64,000 nt of DNA from Octopus bimaculoides. Lineage: Eukaryota. This document shows positions 1 to 12,779 of this stretch, in pieces; the first letter of the stretch is position 1, and every line of letters begins with the position of its first letter. A program made the position numbers and the translations under genes. The notes beneath the pieces were generated by a model, which did no database searches, was not told where the DNA came from, and saw only the letters and a program-made list of their open reading frames with translations. Where the stretch lies: positions 12,463,444-12,527,443 of the forward strand of contig NC_069001.1 of the NCBI RefSeq assembly GCF_001194135.2, in the 5' to 3' direction.

Positions 1-41
<41 letters not shown>
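1..41. repeat. (TA)n microsatellite; one of dozens of TA/CA/GA/GATA tracts in the window
   Basis: Pure TA dinucleotide run. Confidence 0.98.
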
Positions 42-44
<3 letters not shown>

Positions 45-937
45 GTTTAAGAGTGTAAACTCATTATAAATTATATGGCATGGAATGTATTAAATATATT
101 CAGTCACCGTATAATTTGATTTCACTCAAATATCAATAATAGCGACTAGTAGTCTATATTTTGATGACAATGCTTCATACGGAAGTTAGGTGAGAAAATT
201 GTTATTAACAAGTGATACTTAACCTATTAAAGTTCTTTCATCGAATGGTGTTTTACAACCCACCTCCCTATCTAGTTCGAAAAAAATAGACAGCAAAAAG
301 AGAAGGTTATTTTATTGTACAATTAATTTCAATTATATGCCATAATTTAGAACCCGTATTCCTATGTAACAACTTATACAAGTATTAGCAAAAAATGAAC
401 TCAGTAAGTAAGATTGGCCAGTTGCATGTATCTTGTGTAGACAAATAGAGGTGTATCAAATACCATACAACATAAGATATTGGTTTATTTGAATTCTCTC
501 AGCCTCTAGATGATTTATAATAATTACCAGTTTTAGTTTAGTTTCGTACTTCAATGATTTCAGGGGAGGATGCCATCCATCGCGGTCCCCCATGCATGTC
601 GTTAATTCTTTAACATATGCCATTCCATTGTCTTGAAGAAAATTGTTCGCAGAGATTAGACATCTTTTTCCCCTATTGATTCTCCCTTCAAATGACTGCC
701 GTAAGAGGAGTAGACACATGGCTGATGAGGAGCGAACTTGAGAAACATGACTGGCAATGCATTGCCACTGGGCAATCTCATTTTTATTTGGATAAGACCA
801 TGTCATTTTCAGTAGTATCCACTTTTGGGTGCCTCACGCAATGACCAGTAATTCTCGGTTTGAAGTATATTTGTTTTTCTAGATGTTTTTGAATGACATT
901 TTTCATTGTTGAATTTGTTAATAGTTGGTTATTCCCT

Positions 938-978
<41 letters not shown>

Positions 979-1239
979 GTAAAAATATGTGACACTTATT
1001 CAGTAGCCATGATAAAACTCCGAGTTTCGGATGCCGGTGTGGGAACCCACGCCAACATCTCTGCCTGATCTGGTGTTATACACTCTTGTTGTCTGAAAAG
1101 CACAGCTAATTCTAGATGGATTTGAAATCAGAAGAGAAAAACAAGGAAAAAAATCATTACTATGCAATACATTTTTTGTTACATAATCAAACAACTTTAC
1201 CTATAAATGTTTAATTGTCTCTTATGTAAGTGTAAAGCC

Positions 1240-1443
1240 AGTAGTTTTGAGGAGAGACCGTTTATTTGACTAGTCTTTTCTTTTATTATCACTCTGAGGA
1301 ATAAAAAGGAAGTTTACCTTGGTCTGATGTGATCCGCAAAATTTGAACTTAGAATATATTAAATCAGGAGAAATACTTCAATGTATTTTTTTGCCGGTCT
1401 TCCGTCAATTCTGCCAGTTCACCGACTGACTATGCGAAATAGT
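1240..1443 (-). mobile_element. Degenerate tRNA-derived SINE (family B)
   Basis: Reverse complement resembles the GGCGGCGAGCTGGCAGAATCG...GAGTTCAAATT head of the better-preserved copies at 19071 and 23784. Confidence 0.65.
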
Positions 1444-1779
1444 TGTTTCTACAATAAATCGAAAGTCTTAAAGTTCGGGTTGAGGGGTCAAGTTGGTTAC
1501 ATCCGTTAAATTACTCAACTAGTACGTAAGTCACCAGCCCCCAAATTTGAAAAGCAAACCCAGCCTCGATGAACTTTGAATTCAGAACATAAGTTGAAGG
1601 AAATATTTGTTTCAAATTTTGGCACAAAACCAGCAGTTTCAGTGAGCTACGTTTAGTTCCAATTATAGCGACCCAAGTGCTCATCACATTCTTATTTCAT
1701 AGACCCTGGAAGAATGAAAATCAAAGTTGGCCTCCGCGAAATTTGACCTCAGGATGTAAAGATAGAATAGAACAATCCT

Positions 1780-2082
1780 TTCTACTATAGGCACAAAGCC
1801 GGAAATCTGACTATTTCGCATAGTCAGTCGGTGAACTGGCAGAATTGACGGAAGACCGGCAAAAAAATACATTGAAGTATTTCTCCTGATTTAATATATT
1901 CTAAGTTCAAATTTTGCGGATCACATCGATCCCAGAATTTCTCTGGTACTTAATTCATCAACCACGAAAGGATAAAAGGCAAAGACGACCTCGGCGGAAT
2001 TTGAACTCAATCTGTAAAGACAGACGAAATACCGCTAAGCATTTCGACAGGCGTGCTAACTATTCTACTGGCTCGCCGCCTT
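1780..2082 (-). mobile_element. tRNA-derived SINE (family B) interrupted by a 118-bp insertion
   Basis: Contains ggtacttaattcatcaaccacgaaaggataaaaggcaaagacgacctcggcggaatttgaactc...gctcgccgcc, matching copies at 53370 (-) and 19071 (+). Confidence 0.85.
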
Positions 2083-2755
2083 ACTATAGAAAAGAATAAT
2101 AAATCTAATGGTTTACTGAGTAAGTCCATATTTGTAAAACGTTTTAACTGGGATATCGCTATGTCGTTAAGGTAAACTTTATCACTTTAATGAATACCGA
2201 ACGCTCGTTTAAATTCGTCGTTTGATTGGTCTCTAATCCATTCAATGTCAAAATGGATTAAGAATAACTACATGTATCTTTCGTTCAATCGATATATTCT
2301 CTAACACAATGTGCCGTTCACGTATTCTCGTGAAGCTATTTCACTTCTAATATATACACAAGACCACACTTTGCAGACCAGCGTATAGTTGCGTATATAG
2401 TTGCGTATATAGTAACGTATGTGGATGCGTATAACTGCGAATAGAAATGCGTATAACTGCGAATAGAAATGCGTATAATTCTAGTTAAGCACTTGATTGA
2501 TAAATTGTTTATTGAAACAGGACTTTCTATGTCGGACATATCCTTTCCGTATTCAAGACTATAACCCTAGAATATAAAAGGAAATGTTGTTATTTCTAGC
2601 ATGTCCGCAATCACATGGTGTTGCCGAACATCAGTACCATAAGCATTATATACATGCAGATAGAGTTTGGAACTTGAAAGAAGTGTTGTAAGTTCCAGTA
2701 TGTGAACCGACCCCGTTTGCATCTCCCATGAACATTGTAATTAAGATTGTAAACC

Positions 2756-2945
2756 AGTGGTTCTCAAATGGGGTCGACATGTCCCATAATAGTCCATATA
2801 AGATTTTGTAGTTAAAATTTATGTGCAATAAATTGCATATACTTCTACAACGGTCAAATTATGTAAATTTTTTCTTACTATTCTTAATAAGATTTAATTG
2901 TAAAAATAGCTTTTTTTCAATATATAGTGGATGGCTGGGGTCAAA
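2756..2945 (+). mobile_element. hAT-type MITE fragment
   Basis: Begins CAGTGGTTCTCAAA, a typical hAT-family terminal sequence; second terminus not seen. Confidence 0.55.
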
Positions 2946-3103
2946 TGGCAGTACCATCGTCTCTTACAGGACAGCCACATTAAAGCAGCCATAAGCAATA
3001 CATTTTGGTTCATACACTATTTCTATCTCGAGCAGAGATTTTCTAACGGGCTATTTTCCTAGTTACAACATCAGTGATTCAATGACACTGTGTTTTCTAT
3101 ATA

Positions 3104-3230
3104 TTGCAAGCGAGATAGACTGTTGCTATGCCTGGCGACGAGTACTCGCCATCGAGGAGATCCGACACAGATTGAAATCACGTGGTCTGGTGGTCTTGGA
3201 GCTACGATAGGAGCTGTTTCCCGCTTGCAA
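3104..3230. mobile_element. Small MITE-like foldback element, 127 bp
   Basis: TTGCAAGCG...CGCTTGCAA terminal inverted repeats, TA on both sides. Confidence 0.5.
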
Positions 3231-3792
3231 TAAATATCGAGCAATAGAAGCACACTGAATAAACGAGTTGGAGGTGATGTCCTATATATATATATATATA
3301 TATATAGATATATATATATATCAAACCATTTACTTCAGAGGGATGAGGAACATTCAGTTTTGACTGGTATGCCACAAATGAAATGTTATATTTACAATAT
3401 ACGAATATTAAAGAAATAGACAAATACATTTGGCATACTAAAGATTTGTTTACATTGTAATATAATAGAGTTATCCTATAAAAAGATATAATATAATGTA
3501 ATATAATATAATATAACAAGTAATTAAAACAAATATAAATCCAACAATTTGTTTCGACTCATATCCACTAGTGAATTGATAAAAATTCACATTTATGAAT
3601 ATGAGACTCCTCAGGGTATTATTATTATTATTATATTATAGTATAGTTTAATTATATTATAACGTAAATAAATGTTTAATGTATGAATTGTATTTTTGTA
3701 TTTCCTTTAATATTTATATTTATATATAAACACACGCACACACACACACAGAGACAAACACAAACTCATATATATATACACACGCGCGCATA

Positions 3793-3838
<46 letters not shown>

Positions 3839-4104
3839 ACTCATTTCTATAACGGAAATGTGTAATGGGCATTTAAGACCCGCCGTTATTGTACTTCTTG
3901 CTGAACACTAAAAAATTGTGAAACAAGATTATTCGATGTTTCAGAAGCATTTTTGCAATCCTGGTGATATTTTCTTTAGTGAAACGCGTGTATGGTTTAT
4001 AAACTTTAGAACTCAATACCTGATCACTGTAATTTATTAATATGATACACCCCAACACACATGCACACACACACAAACGTGTGCCTGACCGTGTACAAAG
4101 TTTG

Positions 4105-4153
<49 letters not shown>

Positions 4154-4734
4154 ATTATATATTATCAGAATTAATAATTTTCAATCCCTCTGTAGGGTTC
4201 CTAATTGATTCGCCTAAATTATAATCAAAGCCAAACTCTTTCAGTGTGCATACAATTACGCCTGTTTTAATTACAAACCTATACATGATTCCTACACTAC
4301 AGTTAATTAAAAGTCAATTTTCTAATTAACAGTTTAGAAACATATACTTTCCGATCTGGCCAACAGCATTTCCATATCACCCTTTCATTGTATAATTTAC
4401 GAAACTTTTTTTTTATATTTTTGTTGAGAATTGGTTAAGATGGACGTGGTTGGGGTTTTTGGGTATTTATTTATTATTTATTTTTTTACCGATGGGATTA
4501 TTTTTGTTTCTTAAATTTGTTTTCAAAATATCTATTATTTATTTTTAGCTAACATATTGATCAAATGACACGTTTCACCAAATATCATTAGCATTTCGTC
4601 GATTAAAAGCATTCACACTGAAGAATTCCTCTTGCGATACTTTCCTGCGACTTTATTATCAAACGTCTGTAGTATCGGAATTGTGAGCTCTTAAGGCGGT
4701 GACCTAGTGCAGACCAAGAACAAGGTGGAGAGGA

Positions 4735-5180
4735 TAATATCTATAGTTACAGTTTGTATCGTGAGCAGTACATCATTTGTACGATGTGGAAAATATAACG
4801 CCAGCATTTTCCAAACTACCTGAACATTAGTTTCAAGGTTCAGCGAAGGCTGGGACCACGAGCCATATGTCCCCTGCCCCAATTCAGAATCACAACGTAT
4901 AGGTACACTGCGGCATAATTTCTTTTCCTCAACAGGCCATGCCCTGTTTAACATTGTCCCGAAACAGATAAAAGAGGAGACAGATCCTATCAGCTTTAAA
5001 CGGAGTCTAGACAGCTTTCTTCAAAGAGTACCAGACAAGCCACCCATACCTGAATACAACTCACTCAATATGAACCATAAAAGAAACTTGACTGTAAAAA
5101 GGATCTAGATAATCCTATCAGGTGGTGCTATTAAGTTAGACATGGCCTGGACCAATCTTTGGTCGAAACATATCTAAGTT
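4735..5180 (+). mobile_element. CR1/L2-type LINE 3' fragment (ORF2 C-terminus and 3' UTR)
   Basis: Translates with lesions as EQYIICTMWKI*...LRHNFFSSTGHALFNIVPKQIKEETDPISFKRSLDSFLQRVPDKPP, the usual post-RT tail of CR1/L2-like elements. Confidence 0.85.
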
Positions 5181-5466
5181 TTTTTTTTTAACGCTTAGGT
5201 ATTATTAGGGAAAGTGTAATACCAGTTGCTTCTGATAGAACTCTATAGAGAATGTGCATGTAAGGACTCTAGCACCAAGATCACCCCGGAAATAGGGGAG
5301 GAAGATGGATGGTCGGATTAAACATATTGAGCATATTTCTCCGATATTCATTTACTCATAAAATTCTGGATAAGAAATTATCGACGGGCTTGAGCAAGAT
5401 ACTAACCATTGCATGTAATTGTTCAAACATAAGAAATTCTAACTCTGGGATCCCTTCTCGACTTAC

Positions 5467-5538
5467 ATTTTTGTTTGAAGACGTGGATTCAATTTGAATG
5501 TAGCATTACCGCCATCATTCTTACCAATCTCAGAAGAC
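5467..5538 (-). other. Candidate internal exon, 72 nt
   Basis: ttacag|GTCTTC...AAAAAT|gtaagt; one frame is open (SSEIGKNDGGNATFKLNPRLQTK). No recognisable homology. Confidence 0.35.
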
Positions 5539-6061
5539 CTGTAACGGTTATGGAATTTACCCCTTCCCATCGACTCGACTCGGACATGTTTATTCAATCA
5601 AATGCTTATTCAATCAAATCGATAGAACTACTAACTTTTGAAGCTTCGTAGTTATCAAATTGGTCTCTTTTACCGAGGTTAAGTTACGGCGGTACGGGTA
5701 CGTATAAACAAAAGAACACCGGTTGTCATGCGAAGATTGGGACAAACAAATAGACAAACACACGAACTCACACACATATGCACAGAGGCAAACACACGCA
5801 TATACTGCGGCCTTTTCCATCTTTCCAAATCTACCTACAAGGATTTACTTGGTGACATTATTGTAGGAGAAATCATTCCAAGACCACGCAATTAATTAGT
5901 GATACATCTGGGCCATTATATTTTATATTGGAAGAAGTAAAGAATAGCGTCGTTGGTAGCAACTTACAGGTTTATACTGGTTTATATGTTCAGTGTATTT
6001 CTGAAGTTGAAAGCGAGAGTATGAAAGGATAGTCAGTAGCATGACGCATAAGAAATGTTGT

Positions 6062-6550
6062 AAAAGAATTTGTGATTGGCTCAGAGCACCGTTCTTTGAT
6101 TAGACAATGTTTGTGCAGAACTACGCAATGCATTTTTGGCAAGCTTACCTTTTTTGATCAGAGAGTGCGTGTGTGCAATTTGGCAAAGAATTTGTGGTTA
6201 CCTTAGCATTTCTGATCCAACGATGAGTGTCTAGGACTACGCAAAGAATTTGTGATACACTTACTATATTTCTTCAAGAAAGTGTGCATTTATGTTTACG
6301 TAAAAATTCGTGTTTTTTTTTTTTTTTCATCACACAATTAGGGTGTACGAGAGAAAGAATCTGTGATAAGCTTGACCTTATCATTAAACACTGTACGCAT
6401 TTAGGACGATGCTAAGAAGTTGTGATAAGCTCAACATACTTAATTTGACAATGAGATTCTAGACCTATAAAAATAATTGTGATAAACTTAACATTTTTGA
6501 ACATACCTGGTGTGGCTAAGACGACGCATGTAGTTTGAGTTACGCTTCAC
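6062..6550. repeat. Degenerate tandem array, about 58-bp period
   Basis: AAGAATTTGTGAT-like anchors at about 6064, 6186, 6244, 6355, 6414 and 6472. Confidence 0.7.
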
Positions 6551-7054
6551 NNNNNNNNNNNNNNNNNNNNNNNNNNNNNNNNNNNNNNNNNNNNNNNNNN
6601 NNNNNNNNNNNNNNNNNNNNNNNNNNNNNNNNNNNNNNNNNNNNNNNNNNTATATATATATATATATATATATACGTGTACGTGTATCCATGTATAAGAA
6701 CACATACTGTTAAATGAACATGTCTGCATGCATATACCTATATACATATATATAGATTAATATATATATATATATGCATACATTTGTGTTTGTGTGTGTG
6801 TGTGTATGTGTGTGTTTATGTGTAGCTTATGTTATGCTAATATATATCACATATTTGTGTGTCAGTTTCTTAATACATATATGTTTGTGTGTGTGTGTGT
6901 GTGTATATGCGTGTGTGTGTATGCATATATATATATACATATACATACATATCTATCTTTCCTCTCAATATATTTATATGTATATATTTAATGTGTGTGT
7001 GTAGTGTGTGTGTGTAGTGTGCGTGTGTTATAATTTTGTTATTTGCATACTTAC

Positions 7055-7176
7055 ACAACTTTACCACATTAAGCAGAGATAGAATTTCGTCACTGTTTGT
7101 AAACGAGATTTGATTCAGTGATATATGGCTTCTACTTGAATGTCTTCTGTTTGTTGACAAGAGTGGATAATTGAAG
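7055..7176 (-). other. Candidate internal exon, 122 nt
   Basis: Pyrimidine-rich acceptor ctcttctatcatacag| and donor |gtaagt; one frame is open (FNYPLLSTNRRHSS...LLNVVKL). No recognisable homology. Confidence 0.3.
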
Positions 7177-7343
7177 CTGTATGATAGAAGAGATTCAACG
7201 AAGAGGATTCCGTTACCTCTAACCCACTGGAGTCCAGCTTTGAGGTCGCTAATTAACAGAGGACGTGGTACACACTGGACGTAACCTATTATTTTACTCT
7301 GTGTAAGTATTTATACATACATACATACATACATACATACATA

Positions 7344-7722
7344 GGCGCAGGAGTGGTTGTGTGGTAAGTAGTTTCCTTACCAACCAAATGGTTCCGGTTT
7401 CAGTCCCACTGCGAGACAACTTGGGCCAGTGTCTTCTACTATATCCTCGGGCCAACCAAAGTCTTGTGAGTGGATTTGGAAGACGGAAACTGAAAGGAGC
7501 CCGTCGTGTATATATATATGTATACATGTGTGTATGTGTGTCCCCCAACATCGCTTGACAACCAATGCTGGTGTATTTACGTCCCCGCAACTTAGCGGTT
7601 CTGCAAAAGACCGAATGAATAAGTATTAGGCTTACACAAAATACGTCCTGGGGTCGATTTGCTCGACTAAAGGTGGTGCTCCAGCATGGCCGTAGTCAAA
7701 ATGACTGAAACAAGTAAAAAGA
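7344..7722 (+). mobile_element. Full-length tRNA-derived SINE (family A)
   Basis: Head GGCGCAGGAGTGG.TGTGTGGTAAG with B-box-like GGTTTCAGTCCC, central microsatellite, tail ...GACTGAAACAAGTAAAA; many copies in the window. Confidence 0.9.
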
Positions 7723-7736
7723 TAGAAGGATATGTG

Positions 7737-7777
<41 letters not shown>

Positions 7778-8315
7778 GCATGTATGTATTTATACGACAT
7801 ATTCTTTCAGTTTCTGTCTACCAACTACCAAATGTAGGTACAGGGCTTTGGTTGGCTCGTGGTTATAGTAGAAGACAGTTGCCCAACGTGCAAGGGAAAG
7901 GCAAGCGCTGATACGACTTAGCACGAGTGATTTCGTAACTCATTTCTATGGCTGAGCAAACTAGAGCAATATGAAATAAAGTATTTTTGTCCAAGAGCAC
8001 TGCACAAGGCCCGCTCTGATTTTAAGAAAGAAACAAACAAATAAACAAACAAACAAAGAGATAAAGAAAGAGATAAGAAATAGAGAAAGAAAGAATGAGT
8101 GAATGAATGAATGAGAAAGAGAAAACGAATGAAATAATATAGGAGGCTTTTAAAAAAAATATGCAACTTTGTAGACAAGATTTCAACAAAACTCCAGTCA
8201 TTTAAGTCTGTATATAATAGACACACACACACACAAACACGTCTGTATATATAAATATATATACATTTACGTGTGAATTCATGTGCATATTTATATAAGG
8301 ATGTACATATATGTT

Positions 8316-8377
<62 letters not shown>

Positions 8378-8554
8378 NNNNNNNNNNTAAAAACACACGC
8401 AACATACACACACACACACACACATACATTTAAACAGGTATGCAGTGATAAAAAGGCGGATATGTAGACAATCAGACATATAAACAGACAGTCAGACAGA
8501 TGGATAGATGGATGGATACATAGATTGATGGTTATATAGATAGACATGTGGATG

Positions 8555-8609
<55 letters not shown>

Positions 8610-9309
8610 CATACATACATACACACATACTTACATACATAAAGATATATACCAATGCAATAAACACAGATTTTAATGACTGACGATGACTCAAATTATG
8701 ACCAACACTAGAAAGTGTTGTTATCTTTATTCTGAATTGATTCCGTGACAGGCTGCATACAAATATTTCTCTGTCGAAAAGTAGAAATTCAAGAATTCAT
8801 AGTTCCAGCCGAAATATTACAAAACACAATGCAAATTTATGAGGTATGGACAACATATTCTTCGGATTTGTAAGGAATATGCAGCCTAACCCACACTTTC
8901 TCTCTCCCTATCTCTCCCTCTCCTTCTCTCTCAAATATATTTAAATGTGTGTGCATGTATATTTATATGCATGTATGTTTATACATTTATATTATACATC
9001 TGGCGAAGATCCTTATGCAGAAAATTCTGTATTGACCCTGATAAACACTTTTCTGCTTCTATTCTTTTCACGTTCGCTCATTGTCTTGGATTCTATCACT
9101 TTCAATCTATCTGTATTATCGGGATATGTGTTTACTTGTTCTCTTCCTTTTTCACTTCTTTTCGTAAAATCTCCTCATATACCTATTCTGATACATTTAT
9201 ATATAGATAAGATCTTAGCCTCTTCCACATCTGGAAAGGACGTCTCCACCTCAAACTCCCGAATAGGTTTATAGTCTCTTCGTTTGAAATGCTTTTCTAC
9301 CTACCTACC

Positions 9310-9353
<44 letters not shown>

Positions 9354-9511
9354 GTTACTGTACTCTACTCAACTGACGCTTTGTTCTGAAGAATATGTAT
9401 ATTGTTTTATAACGCCGGACCATTAGCATTGCTATATCTAAGCAAAATTGTGAATAACACACACACACGTTTGTATAATGCGTATACGTTTATATATAAA
9501 TATAAATACAC

Positions 9512-9548
<37 letters not shown>

Positions 9549-12053
9549 TGAAATTTATAGAAAAACAAAAGACCAAGACACGTGTATGAACAACAAAGTA
9601 GTGTATCAATTTGACGCTCAGGAAAAATGAAAAAGTCTTTAAATCTTTTGCGCTTCGAACCTACGCTCTTCAGCAGAAAGGAATGACGAAATAAACAGAG
9701 TAAACTTTGGGATCAAATTGTTCAACTAATTCAATCAATGCAAGTACACCAGCATGGCCGCACAGTCTAATGACTACAATGAACTACAGATTAAAAGATA
9801 ATTATATATATATATATACACATATATATATGAAGGAGCCTTGGATCTATTTTAGAAACAAGCTCTTTCTCTATGGACCAGAAATCTTGAAATAAAACTG
9901 AACAATGTCATTCATACATACATACATGCATGCATACATACATACATACCGACACTAACATTCCAGCAATAAAATTCAGTTCACAAAGTAATATCTTTTA
10001 CCAGGAAGTGAGGTCGAAGCGACATCGCATACACCTGGAAGGTTTCAATCCAACAAGTTACTTAACCACATCGCCATCCCTGTGACCACATAAATCAGAT
10101 CTTATGTTGACATAACACTTGATAAATGTAATTCTATATCCACAAGTAAATAACTAAAATATAAGATTACAAATAAAACATCGCAGAGCAGAGAAACTAG
10201 AGAAGTTAGCTGTCGTACTTGAGTTTTTACTAGATCCGTATATTTAGTTAAGCAATGACCATTTTGACGTGTTAACGGGGGAATTGCAACTTCGCAATGG
10301 ACGTCTCAAATTTTATAGCCGTTAACAGTGGCTTCTTTTTTTTCTTTTTTTCCTTTCATTTATTTTCTTGCGTGTGATTTTGTTAGATTTTTCGTGTATA
10401 TATTTTTATATTTTTCTGTCTTTTCTTTTGGTGGATTTGATATTTGCTTTGTAGATTTATGCTAAGGAATAATTTATTTGTTGAAGCCCTTCGTCTGTTG
10501 TTGACTGGTTTTATTGCTTTTTGCTGTTTATTGTCGTTGCTTTCGTCGCTTTCGTTGCCAATGTCCTTGTTATTTTTGTTGTTATTATTGTTAAGCTTGT
10601 TGTTTTTGTTGTTGTTGTGCTTCGTCGTCGTCGTTGTCGTCGTGTTTATCGTAGCTTTCGTGATTGTAGTTATTTAATGTTCCGTGTCAAGTCTATTTAC
10701 CGTTCGTTTATTTTCCGATGATATTCAAACCTACCTCTGAATAGTTTGATGTGGTTGCGTTCAAGATACTGAAATTTCCATTTTCACTCTATTTCTCATT
10801 CACTACGACCCATTTCCATTCAATCCACATCTTTTACTTCCTTCTAACTCTAACTCTTTCGATACCTCGATTTTATCAAGTGTTTATTATTATGTACGTG
10901 CACCTATTTCATTCCTAGATATATATTATATGAACGTATGCATACAAACTTACGTAAACATGAATCTGTGTGTGCGTGCGTGTGGGTGTGTATAAAAAAA
11001 TATTTAATTCATAATCACTTTATTTTATTCACACACATAACTATCTTCGAGGTCTTTATTCTAATTGACTGGCCATAGTTTCCTTTGAACTTGTCGACTC
11101 ATGGAACATGTGTGTGTGTATGTATATATGTATGTATGTGTGTGCGTTTGTGTGCATTGATCTATGTATATAGATATATAGATAAATAGATAGATAAATA
11201 TATATATATAAGTATACATGTATATACGTATATACATATGTGTATGTGCGTGTGCGTACATGTTTGTTTGTGTGTGCGTGTATGAATGTGTGTATATGTG
11301 TGTATATGTGTGTTGTTTGTACGTGTGAGCGGATTTATAATCTTACCTTCTTATTTATTTGTAAATAGATATAAAATATCTGGATTTGCCAAGCAGAATA
11401 GTAGCGCGATGCTCATCTTATGCTTTCTGCGTATTTGCGTAGCTATGGAGTCAATCTTTACATATATGAAAAATAGTCATTTTACATCTTGTACAATGAG
11501 GCTTTACATCTTGAGATATCAAGCGGTATAAAAATTCTACATAGGTGCAACTGTCACGTACGCCTAAGTTTACTTTTTTGTTTCCTTGTAACTCAGGACA
11601 CACAAAGAAACCAAATAACAAATTCATTAGCCCGTCTCCTCCCTGATCACACACGTATTTTACCCAAATATTTCGTTTCCTTGTTGGAACGAATTGAATT
11701 ATCAGCTACCTATCCAGAGTATATATGTATCCCACCGCATGATCTCAGGATATATGTACCCTACAGCAATCTTATGTTGTTTGGTGGCATAAATATCTGC
11801 ATGGAATCATGTACGTGTATGTACTTCTTACTCTCACCTTCTCTGAATATATAAACGCGCACGCACACACACACACGCATATCTATATACATGCATGCAT
11901 GAATGTAAGCATGTATTTTCATATACATTTACATGTATACACATATGTCTATGTATCATATATATATATATATATATTAATATATATGTATATATATATA
12001 TATGCATGTATATACATGTATATGCTCATCTGTGTACTTAGATACATAGACAT

Positions 12054-12055
<2 letters not shown>

Positions 12056-12114
<59 letters not shown>

Positions 12115-12115
12115 G
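12056..12115. repeat. (GATA)n microsatellite
   Basis: Pure tetranucleotide run. Confidence 0.95.
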
Positions 12116-12449
12116 ACATAAAATTCCGCTTCGCAAGTGAAATATATGTTTCACTTCACATTTATTTCGACAATGCATACACTTGTACGAACTTGTGAGC
12201 AGAAATTGAAGCCCTATAATCTACTGATTTTATAATAAATTTCACTATAACTTTTGCTTTCAAGAAAGCCTGACATTTTAAATGGCAATTCAAGATATAG
12301 CGATAAGTGAAAAGTTAACTGTTCTGCTTTTCTACGCATACATTATGCGGTAAATGTAAGGACTATTCCAACCGATTGCTCATATATATACGAAACGAAA
12401 TGTTAGCGCCAAGCAGTGTTCAGGCATAAGCAAAATTTAAGTTACTTAC

Positions 12450-12717
12450 CTTGGTACATCTCATTGACAAGTGCCAAAAAAATTTAAACATCGACACTTA
12501 ACAAACCGGGTGTTTTCACACCTTTTTGCTATGAGAGCTATTTTCTCCATTGCAACCGCGGTGGATTTGCTTTTTAGCAGTTAAAACATTTCACAAACAT
12601 ATTCTAATAAACTTAAATCTTGCTTTTGGTTAAACAATGTTTCGCGCTAACATTTCGTTATTTTCCGCGATCGGGCGATTTACCAGCGCAAACCAGTCAC
12701 CGGTGTTGATTGAATTT

Positions 12718-12720
<3 letters not shown>
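12450..12720 (-). promoter_or_regulatory. Candidate promoter and first exon
   Basis: Locally CpG-rich unique sequence, TTTCGCGC (E2F consensus) at 12640-12647, ending in an ideal donor CCAAG|GTAAGT at 12450. Confidence 0.4.
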
Positions 12721-12749
<29 letters not shown>

Positions 12750-12779
12750 GAAAGGGCTTTAAAAATTTGACAGAAGGCC

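Noticed and set aside
716-760. CTGATGA...GAAACATGAC on the plus strand
   Set aside because: Stem II is mis-registered, U16.1 is replaced by A and there is no stem I.
456-806. 116-aa non-repetitive ORF on the minus strand
   Set aside because: No recognisable motif and no convincing splice sites; possibly decayed transposon.
1000-2828. Two minus-strand ORFs both contain GVGSHTG, with N and F at matching positions downstream
   Set aside because: No recognisable domain and no splice support for the second. The first coincides with an RNA hairpin and the second abuts a hAT MITE. An isolated 7-residue match is plausible by chance in six-frame data. A tBLASTn hit covering both would reopen it.
6062-6550. 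CRISPR-like interpretation of the 58-bp array
   Set aside because: Eukaryotic context, repeats far from identical, no cas genes.
9000-9290. Purine-rich minus-strand frame with coding-like composition
   Set aside because: Contains in-frame stops and no recognisable family.
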